Of a stretch of DNA of 64,000 nt, positions 23,137-33,319 are shown in pieces. Below the pieces are notes generated by a model. That model searched no databases. It saw only the letters and a list, made by a program, of their open reading frames with translations, and was not told the origin of the DNA. The first letter of the stretch is position 1. Each line of letters starts with the position of its first letter. The position numbers and the translations under genes are program-made. The DNA comes from Azolla caroliniana (lineage: Eukaryota > Plantae > Polypodiophyta): assembly GCA_043228905.1 (NCBI GenBank), contig JBHGNT010000017.1:17050001-17114000 (forward strand), written 5' to 3'.

Positions 23137-25514
23137 CTCAAGACAACTCTATGAGTTACACAGGTAACTCTTTTGATGTTATTGAAGTTCATACCAACCA
23201 CTTAAATTCATTTCAATGCACTTTCCCTTCACATTTACTTGGACCTAATGATTTACTCTGTGCAGCCGGGTATATTAATGGAGCACAAGCACACTAGGAA
23301 ATTACATTGATGCTAGAACCATGATTGAGCCTCGGGGAGCCGCCATGATTATTCAAGATAGAGATCCGAGAAAGACATCTTAGCTATGTTTTCCCCCATC
23401 GTTTTTAAAACACCATAGTGTTACCATAGTTATCGGATCTCGAATCACATCTCATATGTCTAGAGGGGTAAAGACATGAGATGCTTTCTTGGATAAAGTT
23501 CTTCCAATCAAAATTTCAAGCATTCATTTTGCTTGTGTATTTTCTGAACCTCCTTATTTATATTGTGTACACACAGCTTGCATCATGGAACAAGTTTTGA
23601 ACATTGTTTGAGCGATCTCTCCAACCGAGACCTCTCCACTCCAATCTGCATCTCCGACTCGCACATAAGTTGAGATCACTATTGAGAAATTGCTCACAAC
23701 TACCTTGAATCAACTAGCCGAAATGAGGCAAGCTAATATGGCTTTGGAGAAGAAATTCCAAGAATTGACTATTGAGTCCAAGAAAGAAGGCGAACCTTCT
23801 TTTGTAGTCACGCCATTCGAGGGAGATAAGAAAGAAAGAACCAAGGAGGCCATTAGCACTTGGCTTGGTCGTTGGGAGTCTCATTTTGAGCTCCATCCCA
23901 AGCCGGATGCTATAAAAATTGGTTATGTCGGTCGTGAGTTAGGTGGCCGAGCTGCTGCTTGGTGGCGTGGCCTAAGGACCGCAAAAAACTTACCCACAAC
24001 TTGGGAAGGTTTTGTCAATGTTTTTAAGAAACAGTTCTTGCAGCCACCTTCTCAAATTGAACAAGCACAAAACTTGCTCACGTTGTCGAGCAACCCATTT
24101 ATCTGTCTTGAGAATTATGCGCGTCATGCTCGGACCTAGATCCAAAAATCGGGACTTACGGGTGAGAAATGGTTTGTCGCTTATTTTTTGAATGGTATTC
24201 CTATTGGGGATTACCATTGGATTGTCCATGACAAGGACCCTACAACTTTCGAGGAAGCCGTCAACATTGTACTTCGGTACCATAGGACTTCCAAGTTCAT
24301 TGGGAAACGTAAGCAATCCAATGACACTCTTGACCGCGACTCAAAGAAACCGAACCTCTTCTGTGCATATTGCAAGAAGCGGGGCCACGCAAAGGATACC
24401 TATTATCATCTTGAGAGGAAGTCAATGAACACCCCTCCTCAAGACAACTCTACAAGTTACACATGTGACTCTTTTGATGTTATTGAAGCTCATACCAACC
24501 AGTTAAGTTCAGTTGAATGCACTTTCCCTTCACATTTACTTAGACCTAATGATTTACTCTATGCAGCTGGGTACATAAATGGAACACAAGCACATTTCTT
24601 GTTTGATTCCGGTAGTTCTCACAAATTTCTTAATGATCACTTGGTGCAACAAATGTTACTCCACATAAATGCAATTGATCATATCTATCAAGTTCACATG
24701 GCAAATGGAAGCGTTCAATAAATAAGTGGCATTGTTTGTCAACTGCCAATTCAAATAGATACCTATCTAGAGGAGCTTGACTTTAATGTTCTGAAACTAC
24801 AATCCACGGATGTGATTTTAGGATACCCTTGGTCTTTTAATAAAAACCCTGCTTTGTCCATTGATTGGGTTAATCACTCAATCACATTTGAACTTAATAA
24901 TGGTAAACATTTTATTCAATGTGCCACACTTCCTTCTCAACTTAAGGAATACTTTAGTATGCACCACATTAGGTATAGTAAATCACCTTGGGGTGAGCCA
25001 GTTCTATTAGTTAAAAAGAAGGAAGGTTAATGGCGAATGTGTATCAATTATCGTCGTCTGAATACAATGACTATTAAAAATGCATATCTGTTACCTCGTG
25101 CCGATAATTTGATTGATCGTTTGCATGGGGCCCGATTTCTAAAAAATTGACTTACGAACAAATTATCATCAGATTCGCATTGCCGAGGATGATGTTCTTA
25201 AAACCATTTTTCGTACGCACTATGTCATGATATGGCAAGACTCGAACCCATGACCTTAGGTTATATGGGTCGACCTCTTGACCATTAGAACATCTATTGT
25301 AATATGTAGGATATTATTTTCATTTACATTTTATAGGAAATTAGTGTATATTCCAGATTTCTCTGGAACATTCTAGAAGCTTCAGGATTACTCCTGAAAA
25401 CACTATAAAAGAGGGCACTAGGCATTATGTTGAACCAAATTGGTTCAACGCCACTCTTAAGCCTTTTAGCCGCCGTTGAATATTCTCTTCATATAATAAA
25501 TATCTTTCTTATCA

Positions 25515-25561
<47 letters not shown>

Positions 25562-25737
25562 GTCTCACTCACTTCTCCCTTCTCTCGAAGAAGTTCACAC
25601 CTCTCGTAGTACTAATCCTTCGTTTAGTACTAATTCCTTCTCTGTCTCAGTACTGTTCATGACAGTTTGAACCAATTTTCCTACCTTCTGTCTCTCTCAT
25701 TTCCTACTAATCTTTTATTCCTCTTTTCTTTCATCCC

Positions 25738-26889
25738 ATGGCCACTGTTAGCGCTGAAGAATATCAATCTGTTTTCTCGGAATTTCAATGCTTGAAGGAG
25801 AAGTTCCATGCTTTGGAACAAGAAAACCAACGGTTGCTTGGGGATCTTCAGCAAATCTCCTTAGAAAAGCAGCAAACGCAACAACAGCATGGGGAACTTG
25901 CGTTACGCGTGCAACAACTCGAAGCCACCATCGTAGCGATGCAACAACACGGGCCCGGAACACAAGGGATTCATAAAGAACCTAAGATTGGCCTTCCCAC
26001 GAAGTTCGATGGAACGCGATCGCAGTTTAGAGGGTTCCTTAACCAGGTACGATTAGTTATTCAAATGCATCCTTCCCGATATCTCACCGATGCATCACGA
26101 GTGGGTTTAGTAGGCACTTTGTTAAGTGGCTCAGTGTTGTCATGGTTCACTCCACTATTAGAAAAGGAATCTCCGTTACTCAACAATTTTGAAGAGTTTC
26201 TAGGTGAGTTTAAAGCATGTTTCGGAGATACTGACAGCATCAGGACCGCAATCAACAAAATCCGACGATTACGCCAAGGTGACCGTCCAGCCTCCACATA
26301 CGCTGCAGATTTTCGCCTACTCGCCGCCGATATCCCTTGGGATGATCAAGCGTTGATGGAGCAATTCTGTTATGGTTTACGCAACGACGTCAAGGATTTA
26401 CTCTTGACCTTCCCCGAAGAGCCAAAGTCCTTAACAGAAGCAATCAATCGCGCGGTGAGATGTGACAACCGCCTCTTTGAGCGACGTTCGGAACGACAGC
26501 TACAGATGCCAAGGGCAAGATCAGAGCCCACCTACGCCTCAGTGGTAGCAAGACCTTTTCCGAGGGAGTCATATAATGCGCCTCCAGCGAATACTCCGAC
26601 TCCGATGGAGATTGACACTACACGTCGTCGAGGGCCATTATCCGAAGAAGAAAAGCAGCGACGCCGTACAAATCGACTATGTCTTTATTGCGGTGGACCA
26701 GGACATATCGCAATAAATTGCCCCCATAGGCCAAGAAGACAGGTAAACCAAATAGTCGCTAGTTCTAATTGTACTAAATCCGAGCCTATTTCAGTAGGGA
26801 TATCTGATAGTCCTAATAGTACTAATATCCCAGATCTAGCAAACAAATTTGATGTCCTTAGTCAGTTAGAAGAAGAGTTAAACGACTAA
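25738..26889 (+). CDS. gag: Gag (PEG10/Tf-like capsid + CCHC knuckle)
   Basis: 383 aa ORF with PTKFDGTR, LRQG, PMEID and CLYCGGPGHIAINC. Confidence 0.93.
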   Translation: MATVSAEEYQSVFSEFQCLKEKFHALEQENQRLLGDLQQISLEKQQTQQQHGELALRVQQLEATIVAMQQHGPGTQGIHKEPKIGLPTKFDGTRSQFRGFLNQVRLVIQMHPSRYLTDASRVGLVGTLLSGSVLSWFTPLLEKESPLLNNFEEFLGEFKACFGDTDSIRTAINKIRRLRQGDRPASTYAADFRLLAADIPWDDQALMEQFCYGLRNDVKDLLLTFPEEPKSLTEAINRAVRCDNRLFERRSERQLQMPRARSEPTYASVVARPFPRESYNAPPANTPTPMEIDTTRRRGPLSEEEKQRRRTNRLCLYCGGPGHIAINCPHRPRRQVNQIVASSNCTKSEPISVGISDSPNSTNIPDLANKFDVLSQLEEELND

Positions 26890-29800
26890 GTCCAGCCAAA
26901 ATAGGAGCCGTTTGGTTGGACAGCCCTAGATCTGTGCAGCCCATTAGTGGTTCCATTCCATCTAAGCAAGTTAGTGATGTATTCGTAGCCCAAGTAATAG
27001 TTAGTACTAAAAGTACCCCTCCAGTACATGTCCTAGCACTCTTAGATTCCGGAGCTAACTCTTGCTTTATGGATAAGAAATTTGCTCAAGCTCATAAGAT
27101 ATCCCTAAGAAAACTCCAGTGTCCAGCCTCTGTAGTAGTCATTGATGGACGTCCCATTGCTTCCGGAAATATCCTAGAAGAGTCAGAGCCCATTAATATT
27201 GTCCTAGATAACTTAGCATGTGTAGTATCATTTAATATTATTAGTATCCCAGAACATCCTATAGTTTTAGGACTACCGTGGTTCGAGTTACATAACCCTG
27301 ACATAGATTGGAGAACAAGAGAAATCCGGTGTCGACAAACCCAAGGATCAACTCAGAAGATGGCAACCATTTCGCTACGTCAGTTGCGTAAAGAAGGGCA
27401 CAAGGAGGAAATGTTCCTCTTTGCAATATCAGTAAACCCCTCCAACACCACTAAAGAAGAATCCACCGTTCAACTTCCCGAGAAGTATCGTCATTACACC
27501 GATGTGTTCGATAAAGTACAAGCCAACACACTTCCTCATCATCGACCGTACGATTGCCCCATCGATTTACAACCGGGAAAAGAGCCGCCATGGGGACCGA
27601 TCTACAATTTGTCACCAACCGAGCTGGAAGTCCTTCGGGCCTATATAGAGGAGAATTTGGAAAATGGTTTCATTTGGCATTCGAAATCTCCAGCCGGTGC
27701 GCCCATTTTCTTCATCAAGAAAAAAGATGGATCGCTTCGTCTCGTTGCAGATTATCGTGGCTTGAATAAGGTTACAATCAGGAATAGGTATGCTCTTCCC
27801 CTTATCTCAAGTCTTTTAGAACGGATCAATGGTGCCAGGTTCTTCACGAAGATCGACTTACGGGGAGCATATAACCTCGTACAGATCCGACCAGGAGACG
27901 AATGGAAGACCGCGTTTCGCACCAGATATGGGCACTTCGAGTATACTGTCATGTCGTTCGGCCTCACTAATGCGTCGGCAGTCTTCCAGCACATGGCTAA
28001 TGATATATTCCGAGATCTATTGGATGATTGTTTGATCATCTATTTGGATGATCTACTGGTTTATTCAAAGACCCAAGAAGAACATGATTCTCATGTACTA
28101 TTAGTACTAAAACGACTTCGAGAACAAGGTCTGTATGCAAAGCTAGAAAAATGTAGTTTCGGGTGCAACCAAGTGGAATTTCTCGGCTACATCATTTCGT
28201 CAGAACGCATCTCCATGGACCCAGCTAAGGTCAAAACGGTGGTAGAATGGCAGACTCCGCGTTCGGTACGGGATGTGCAATGCTTCTTAGGCTTTGCCAA
28301 TTTTTACCGGAAGTTCATACAAGATTACTCAAAGATAGTTCTACCTCTCACACAACTTACCAGGAAGGGACAACCGTTCATCTGGTTTGAAGAAACGGAC
28401 ATGGCTTTCGAGAGTCTTAAAAAAGCATTTACGTCGGCTCCAATTCTAGCTCATGTCAATCCGGAGAAACCATTCATTATCGAAGCTGACGCATCGGATT
28501 TTGCATTGGGGAGCATTCTGTCACAACAGGGGAATGATGAAAAGCTACATCCTGTGGCTTTTCACTCACGCAAGTTTGATGCCGCCGAAATCAACTACGA
28601 AATTCATGATAAGGAGCTATTGGCAATAGTGGATTCTTTTATGCAATGGAGGCATTTTCTGGAGGGATCCTCTCATCCAGTCACCGTATTTAGTGACCAC
28701 AAGAATCTTGCCTACTTTCAGGATGCTCGTGTGCTGAATCGACGTCAAGCTCGGTGGGCCCACTTCCTCACGCGTTTCGACTTCAAAATTACATATCGTC
28801 TGGGGAGGCACCAAGGGAAGGCAGATGCATTATCACGGCGTTCATATCTAGCACCCCGTCCTGGCGAGCCAGCTTTTGATAACCAAAAACAAGTCATCTT
28901 GGGACCGGCACGACTACAAGCAACACAAATCTTTGACATGCCTATGGATTCCGGCGTTATCGATACCATACGTGAAGACTTGAAGACAAATGCGTTCGCC
29001 CAAGCTATACTAACACAAATTGATCCCTCTCGAGCGTCATGTTCACAGTCGCAACCACCAGGTACGGACTATCGGCAATTCAAATACCATGATGGATTAC
29101 TCTTCTTTAAAGAACTTTTGTATGTTCCTAATGGTTCTTGCCGCCTTCGAGTACTACAAAACTGTCATGACACATATACAGTTGGGCATTTTGGTAGTAC
29201 TAAAACATTACATTTAGTACAACGATCATTCTGGTGGCCCTGTATGCGACAATTTGTCGAGGATTTTGTTCGGACTTGTGATACATGTTGCAGAGCGAAA
29301 ATGCCAAGGCATCATCCATATGGTTTATTAGAACCATTACCAATTCCAAGCAAGCCGTGGCAATCCATTGCTCTAGACTTCATCACAGATCTTCCAGTCT
29401 CTAAGGGGTTCAATGCGATTCTAACGGTGGTCGATCGATATACGAAAATGGCTCATTTCTTGCCATGTACTAAGGAGATCTCCAGTGAAGACACTGCCGA
29501 AATTGTCATGCGTGAAGTATGTCGGCATCATGGACTCCCCGATAGTATCATCAGCGACCGTGGACCCCAGTTCGTGTCAAAATTCTGGAAGCACCTTTTT
29601 AACATGCTCAAGGTCACTTGTAACCTCTCTTCCGGCTACCACCCACAAACTGACGGCCAAGCTGAACGAACAAATCAAACGTTGGAGCAGTATCTGTGGT
29701 GCTTTCTCAGCTATCATCAGGACGACTGGGCAGATATTCTCCACTTCGCCGAATTATCCTATAACAACTCTATCCACGCATCCACTAAAGTTACGCCATT

Positions 29801-30473
29801 TTATGCTTATACGGGATGTCACCCCCGGTGGAGTGTACTTGAAACCCCAGAGGTGTCCACAAATCCGTGCACGGAGGATCGTTTGGAGCGGTTACGCAAG
29901 ATACAAGCGGATTTATCTACTCATCTCCAGCAAGCTCAACAAACACACAAGGTCTATGCGGATCGTCATCGACTTCCATCTAGTTTTAATATTGGAGATC
30001 GGGTGTGGCTGCTACGACGACACATCAAGACTACTCGCCCATGTGAGAAGTTGGATTATCGGCGATTAGGTCCTTTCCGTATTATTGGAAAGATTAATGA
30101 TGTCGCTTTTCGTCTCGATCTACCTCCTCAACTTCGGATACATCCGGTGTTTCATAGTTCTCTCTTCGAACCCTACCACGAGAGCACCATCCCAGAATGT
30201 CTTATCCAACCTCCACCCCCGATCGAGCTTGAAGATGGGCCGGAGTACGAGGTTGCCGCCATCCTTGATTCCAAGATTGTTCGCAACAAGCTCTACTATC
30301 TAGTCGATTGGCTAGGCTATAGTCCCAGCGAACGTACTTGGGAACCGATCGAGAATGTAACCAATGCTCGTGCTCTTCTTGAAGACTTCCATCGTCAATA
30401 TCCACACAAACCGGGTCCTCAATCCAAGACGACTCGTGACACTCGTCGTTTTAAAGGGGGGATAGTGTCATGA
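26880..30473 (+). CDS. pol: Pol (PR-RT-RNaseH-IN-chromodomain), probably reached by -1 frameshift
   Basis: LLDSGA, YLDD, ADASD, IALDFITDLP, SDRG, LGPF and YEVAAILDSK...YLVDWLGY...TWEP. The frame is open from ~26862 and overlaps the gag end in -1. Confidence 0.93.
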   Translation, partial: KRLSPAKIGAVWLDSPRSVQPISGSIPSKQVSDVFVAQVIVSTKSTPPVHVLALLDSGANSCFMDKKFAQAHKISLRKLQCPASVVVIDGRPIASGNILEESEPINIVLDNLACVVSFNIISIPEHPIVLGLPWFELHNPDIDWRTREIRCRQTQGSTQKMATISLRQLRKEGHKEEMFLFAISVNPSNTTKEESTVQLPEKYRHYTDVFDKVQANTLPHHRPYDCPIDLQPGKEPPWGPIYNLSPTELEVLRAYIEENLENGFIWHSKSPAGAPIFFIKKKDGSLRLVADYRGLNKVTIRNRYALPLISSLLERINGARFFTKIDLRGAYNLVQIRPGDEWKTAFRTRYGHFEYTVMSFGLTNASAVFQHMANDIFRDLLDDCLIIYLDDLLVYSKTQEEHDSHVLLVLKRLREQGLYAKLEKCSFGCNQVEFLGYIISSERISMDPAKVKTVVEWQTPRSVRDVQCFLGFANFYRKFIQDYSKIVLPLTQLTRKGQPFIWFEETDMAFESLKKAFTSAPILAHVNPEKPFIIEADASDFALGSILSQQGNDEKLHPVAFHSRKFDAAEINYEIHDKELLAIVDSFMQWRHFLEGSSHPVTVFSDHKNLAYFQDARVLNRRQARWAHFLTRFDFKITYRLGRHQGKADALSRRSYLAPRPGEPAFDNQKQVILGPARLQATQIFDMPMDSGVIDTIREDLKTNAFAQAILTQIDPSRASCSQSQPPGTDYRQFKYHDGLLFFKELLYVPNGSCRLRVLQNCHDTYTVGHFGSTKTLHLVQRSFWWPCMRQFVEDFVRTCDTCCRAKMPRHHPYGLLEPLPIPSKPWQSIALDFITDLPVSKGFNAILTVVDRYTKMAHFLPCTKEISSEDTAEIVMREVCRHHGLPDSIISDRGPQFVSKFWKHLFNMLKVTCNLSSGYHPQTDGQAERTNQTLEQYLWCFLSYHQDDWADILHFAELSYNNSIHASTKVTPFYAYTGCHPRWSVLETPEVSTNPCTEDRLERLRKIQADLSTHLQQAQQTHKVYADRHRLPSSFNIGDRVWLLRRHIKTTRPCEKLDYRRLGPFRIIGKINDVAFRLDLPPQLRIHPVFHSSLFEPYHESTIPECLIQPPPPIELEDGPEYEVAAILDSKIVRNKLYYLVDWLGYSPSERTWEPIENVTNARALLEDFHRQYPHKPGPQSKTTRDTRRFKGGIVS

Positions 30474-30757
30474 TATGGCAAGACTCGAACCCATGACCTT
30501 AGGTTATATGGGTCGACCTCTTGACCATTAGAACATCTATTGTAATACGTAGGATATTATTTTCATTTACATTTTATAGGAAATTAGTGTATATTCCAGA
30601 TTTCTCTAGAACATTCTAGAAGCTTTAGGATTACTCCTGAAAACACTATAAAAGAGGGCACTAGGCATTATCTTGAACCAAATTGGTTCAACGCCACTCT
30701 TAAGCCTTTTAGCCGCCGTTGAATATTCTCTTCATATAATAAATATCTTTCTTATCA

Positions 30758-30810
<53 letters not shown>

Positions 30811-31029
30811 GTCTCACTCACTTCTCCCTTCTCTCGAAGAAGTTCACACCTCTCGTAGTACTAATCCTTCGTTTAGTACTAATTCCTTCTCTGTCTCAGT
30901 ACTGTTCATGACACACTATGGCCATGAAGAGTTGTAGCCATGTCTTTCGGGTTGACTAATGCTCTAGCCACATTCCAAAAAGCAATGAATGACGTTTTCC
31001 GAGATGAACTCGGTGGTTTTTTTGCCATC

Positions 31030-31240
31030 TTCATGTATCTAAGAGGAACCAAAGATGTAGAACCGACGTTCAGATCGGAAAACCTGACCGAAGTCGAAGG
31101 CTATACCGACTCCGACTATGCTAGAAATATGGAGAGTCGGAAGTCGACATCATGTTATCTATTCACCTATGGTGGCGGTACCATATTATGCAGGTCGGAA
31201 GCTTCAAGAGTGCACGACCCAGTCTATCATTGTGGCTAAT
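31030..31240 (+). pseudogene. Copia RT/RNase H remnant joined directly to a Gypsy RT fragment
   Basis: YLRGTK...VEGYTDSDYA...RKSTSCYLFTYGGG is Copia-type and follows the Gypsy motif MSFGLTNALATFQKAMNDVF in the same ORF (30940-31239). Confidence 0.75.
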
Positions 31241-31429
31241 TATACTATGTCATGATTTATTGATGAACAAAATTAGGAAAATCCTATTGGTGGTCTTGCG
31301 GCACCATGGCAAAAGATGTATGTAAATGGCTATCAACAAGCATAACAAATGTGTGTTGCCTTTGTGAATGCATGAAATTTGGGGTTTTGATGTCAAATTT
31401 TCAATGTATGTGGGAGAGAGATCCTAATT

Positions 31430-32405
31430 AAGAGAGGTGCACGGGCACGCCCGAAACGCTCCCTCGTCACAAGACGACCGAACGTACAAGGAAGACATAA
31501 GCACACACACAAATGCTCGTACGCCTTTATGAGGAGGAGAGGTACATGGGCACGCCCGAAACGCTCCCTCGTCACAAGACGGCCGAACGTACAAGGAAGA
31601 CACAAACACACGCACAAAATGCTCATACGCCTTTATGAGGAGGAGAGGTGCATGGGCACGCCCAAAACGCTCCCTCGTCACAAGACGGCCGAACATACAA
31701 GTGGACGAGAACAAAGAAAGAAAGAAAGAAAGAAACATGAATGATATTGGCCAAAGAAATAAATACGTGTTTGATTCCAACGCAAGAAGAACCTTTATAA
31801 AATAGGGTTTGATTACAATGGCAACTTCTAGTTAACCACAAGCTCAATTAAAAGATAAATACTAAAAGCCCTTAGAGACAAGAGAAAATCTGAACACGGA
31901 GAAGACGAACACACGAGCACCACCAAAATGCCAACCCCAACGAACCACAACCACCCGAACGGCGAGCACACAGGCTCGCAACGACGAACGGGGCAAAGCA
32001 ACGTCGAACCAACAAAGCTTCCTTAAATGCAAAAAGGAAAGAAGGAAGGGGGGTTGCCAATTTTGTCTTCAATGCAAAAAGGAATAAAATTCCTTAAATC
32101 GTGCTACATTATAAGACTAGATTTGAACCATGCACTTGTAACTAGAAGTCAATGTGACTATCTACTAGCCCATTAACTCTCTCTTATATGATATATAATT
32201 CTATCTCTATAAATTCTTAGCCTGTCTCCCCTCTACTTTTTATATCTCCTCTCTCTTACTTTTTACACGAGCTTCTATACATCTTTTCCCTTTTCTTTTG
32301 CATGTGCAGAATTAATTATCTTTGTGTGCACACACATTGCACATGCACATTTTGACCCCCCCTTTCACCGGTTTTTCCCACTCTCGAGCATGCCACATCA
32401 CGACA
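31430..32405 (-). repeat. 3' LTR of the large Gypsy (partial or rearranged), with ~3 copies of the 105-bp repeat
   Basis: Shares the 105-bp unit and terminal ...CACATCACGACA with 58158-59641. It has extra sequence at ~31920-32255 and does not match the other LTR left of ~31430. Confidence 0.8.
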
Positions 32406-33319
32406 TCCACCCCCACCAAACCGCACATCCTCCGGTATGTGCCAATAATGGCAGGCTGAGGGTGGTCAATAGTTCATTTCCTCCTCCTCATTGACCCCGT
32501 GGCTTGTTGTTTGCTTGCCTTTATCTTCGTCAAGGTCATTGAGGTTTGGCTCCCTGTCGTGTTGCTTTTTGATTATTTTGACCCGCTTCCCTGCTATTGG
32601 TATTGCTAGCTTAGTCCCATCGAGTTCAGCGAGATGGTAAGTAGCATTATCGTTTGCGCTCGTTACCACGTACGGCCCGAACCATCGCTTTGCGAATTTC
32701 CGCATCGAACTATGTTGATTGTCGAGACTGCTATCATACACAATCACCCAGTCTCCTTCTTCGATCTTCTGAGGGCGTAGTCGGTGTGTCTTGTCAAACC
32801 GGGCTTTGTTACTTAGCCTAGCCGCTTCTAACCTCTCCTGTTAAGAGTCTATTACTAATCAATAGACCAAATCAAGTAATAAGGAAGAAAATAGATTGGA
32901 TAGAAGAACCCGTTCCACCCGACCACCCCCGAGCTATGATCTAGACATAGCCAACCTACCACCGACGTCCCATACCGCCGGATATTAGGATGACTAATAC
33001 CTTGGAAGAGATAAACACGATCGTCGAGACGAAAGCCTAGCCCGCACCACCGGTGTCTACGACAGCAGCCTTCCGACGTGATGATCCCTATGAGGGTAGC
33101 TAAGCCTCATATTTATACCTTTTCCTAGGCCCTTTGAATAGATGTGCCTTTCTAAAAGGCTCTCTATTCATTGGTTGTCTAAATCATGATAGTGCATGCA
33201 CATATCATTCATTCTATCCAATCATTAGTCCCCTTTTTAATAATAGTGAACATACCCTTCACTAATGTAAATATTAGTGACCTACCCTCACCAACGTTAT
33301 GTGTACATAACATACTCCC

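Larger units (their letters stand above)
25223..30913 (+). mobile_element. Gypsy-T: intact-looking chromovirus (Tcn1/Tf1-sushi-like)
   Basis: Near-identical LTRs 25223-25664 and 30466-30913; TSD CACTA at 25218-25222 and 30914-30918; PPT AAAGGGGGGATAG; separate gag and pol ORFs. Confidence 0.96.
14859..31030 (+). mobile_element. Degraded chromoviral Gypsy (same family as 32839-45308) with an internal tandem duplication, hosting Copia-2 and Gypsy-T
   Basis: Partial LTR 14859-15166, PBS 15168-15179 and a long UTR. The first gag copy spans ~16764-17616 and continues at 23142-23292. A second UTR-gag-PR-RT copy spans ~23293-25222 and resumes at 30919 (MSFGLTNALATFQ). Confidence 0.85.

Noticed and set aside
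25218-25222. CACTA as the terminus of a CACTA transposon
   Set aside because: It is the 5-bp direct target-site duplication of Gypsy-T, repeated at 30914-30918.
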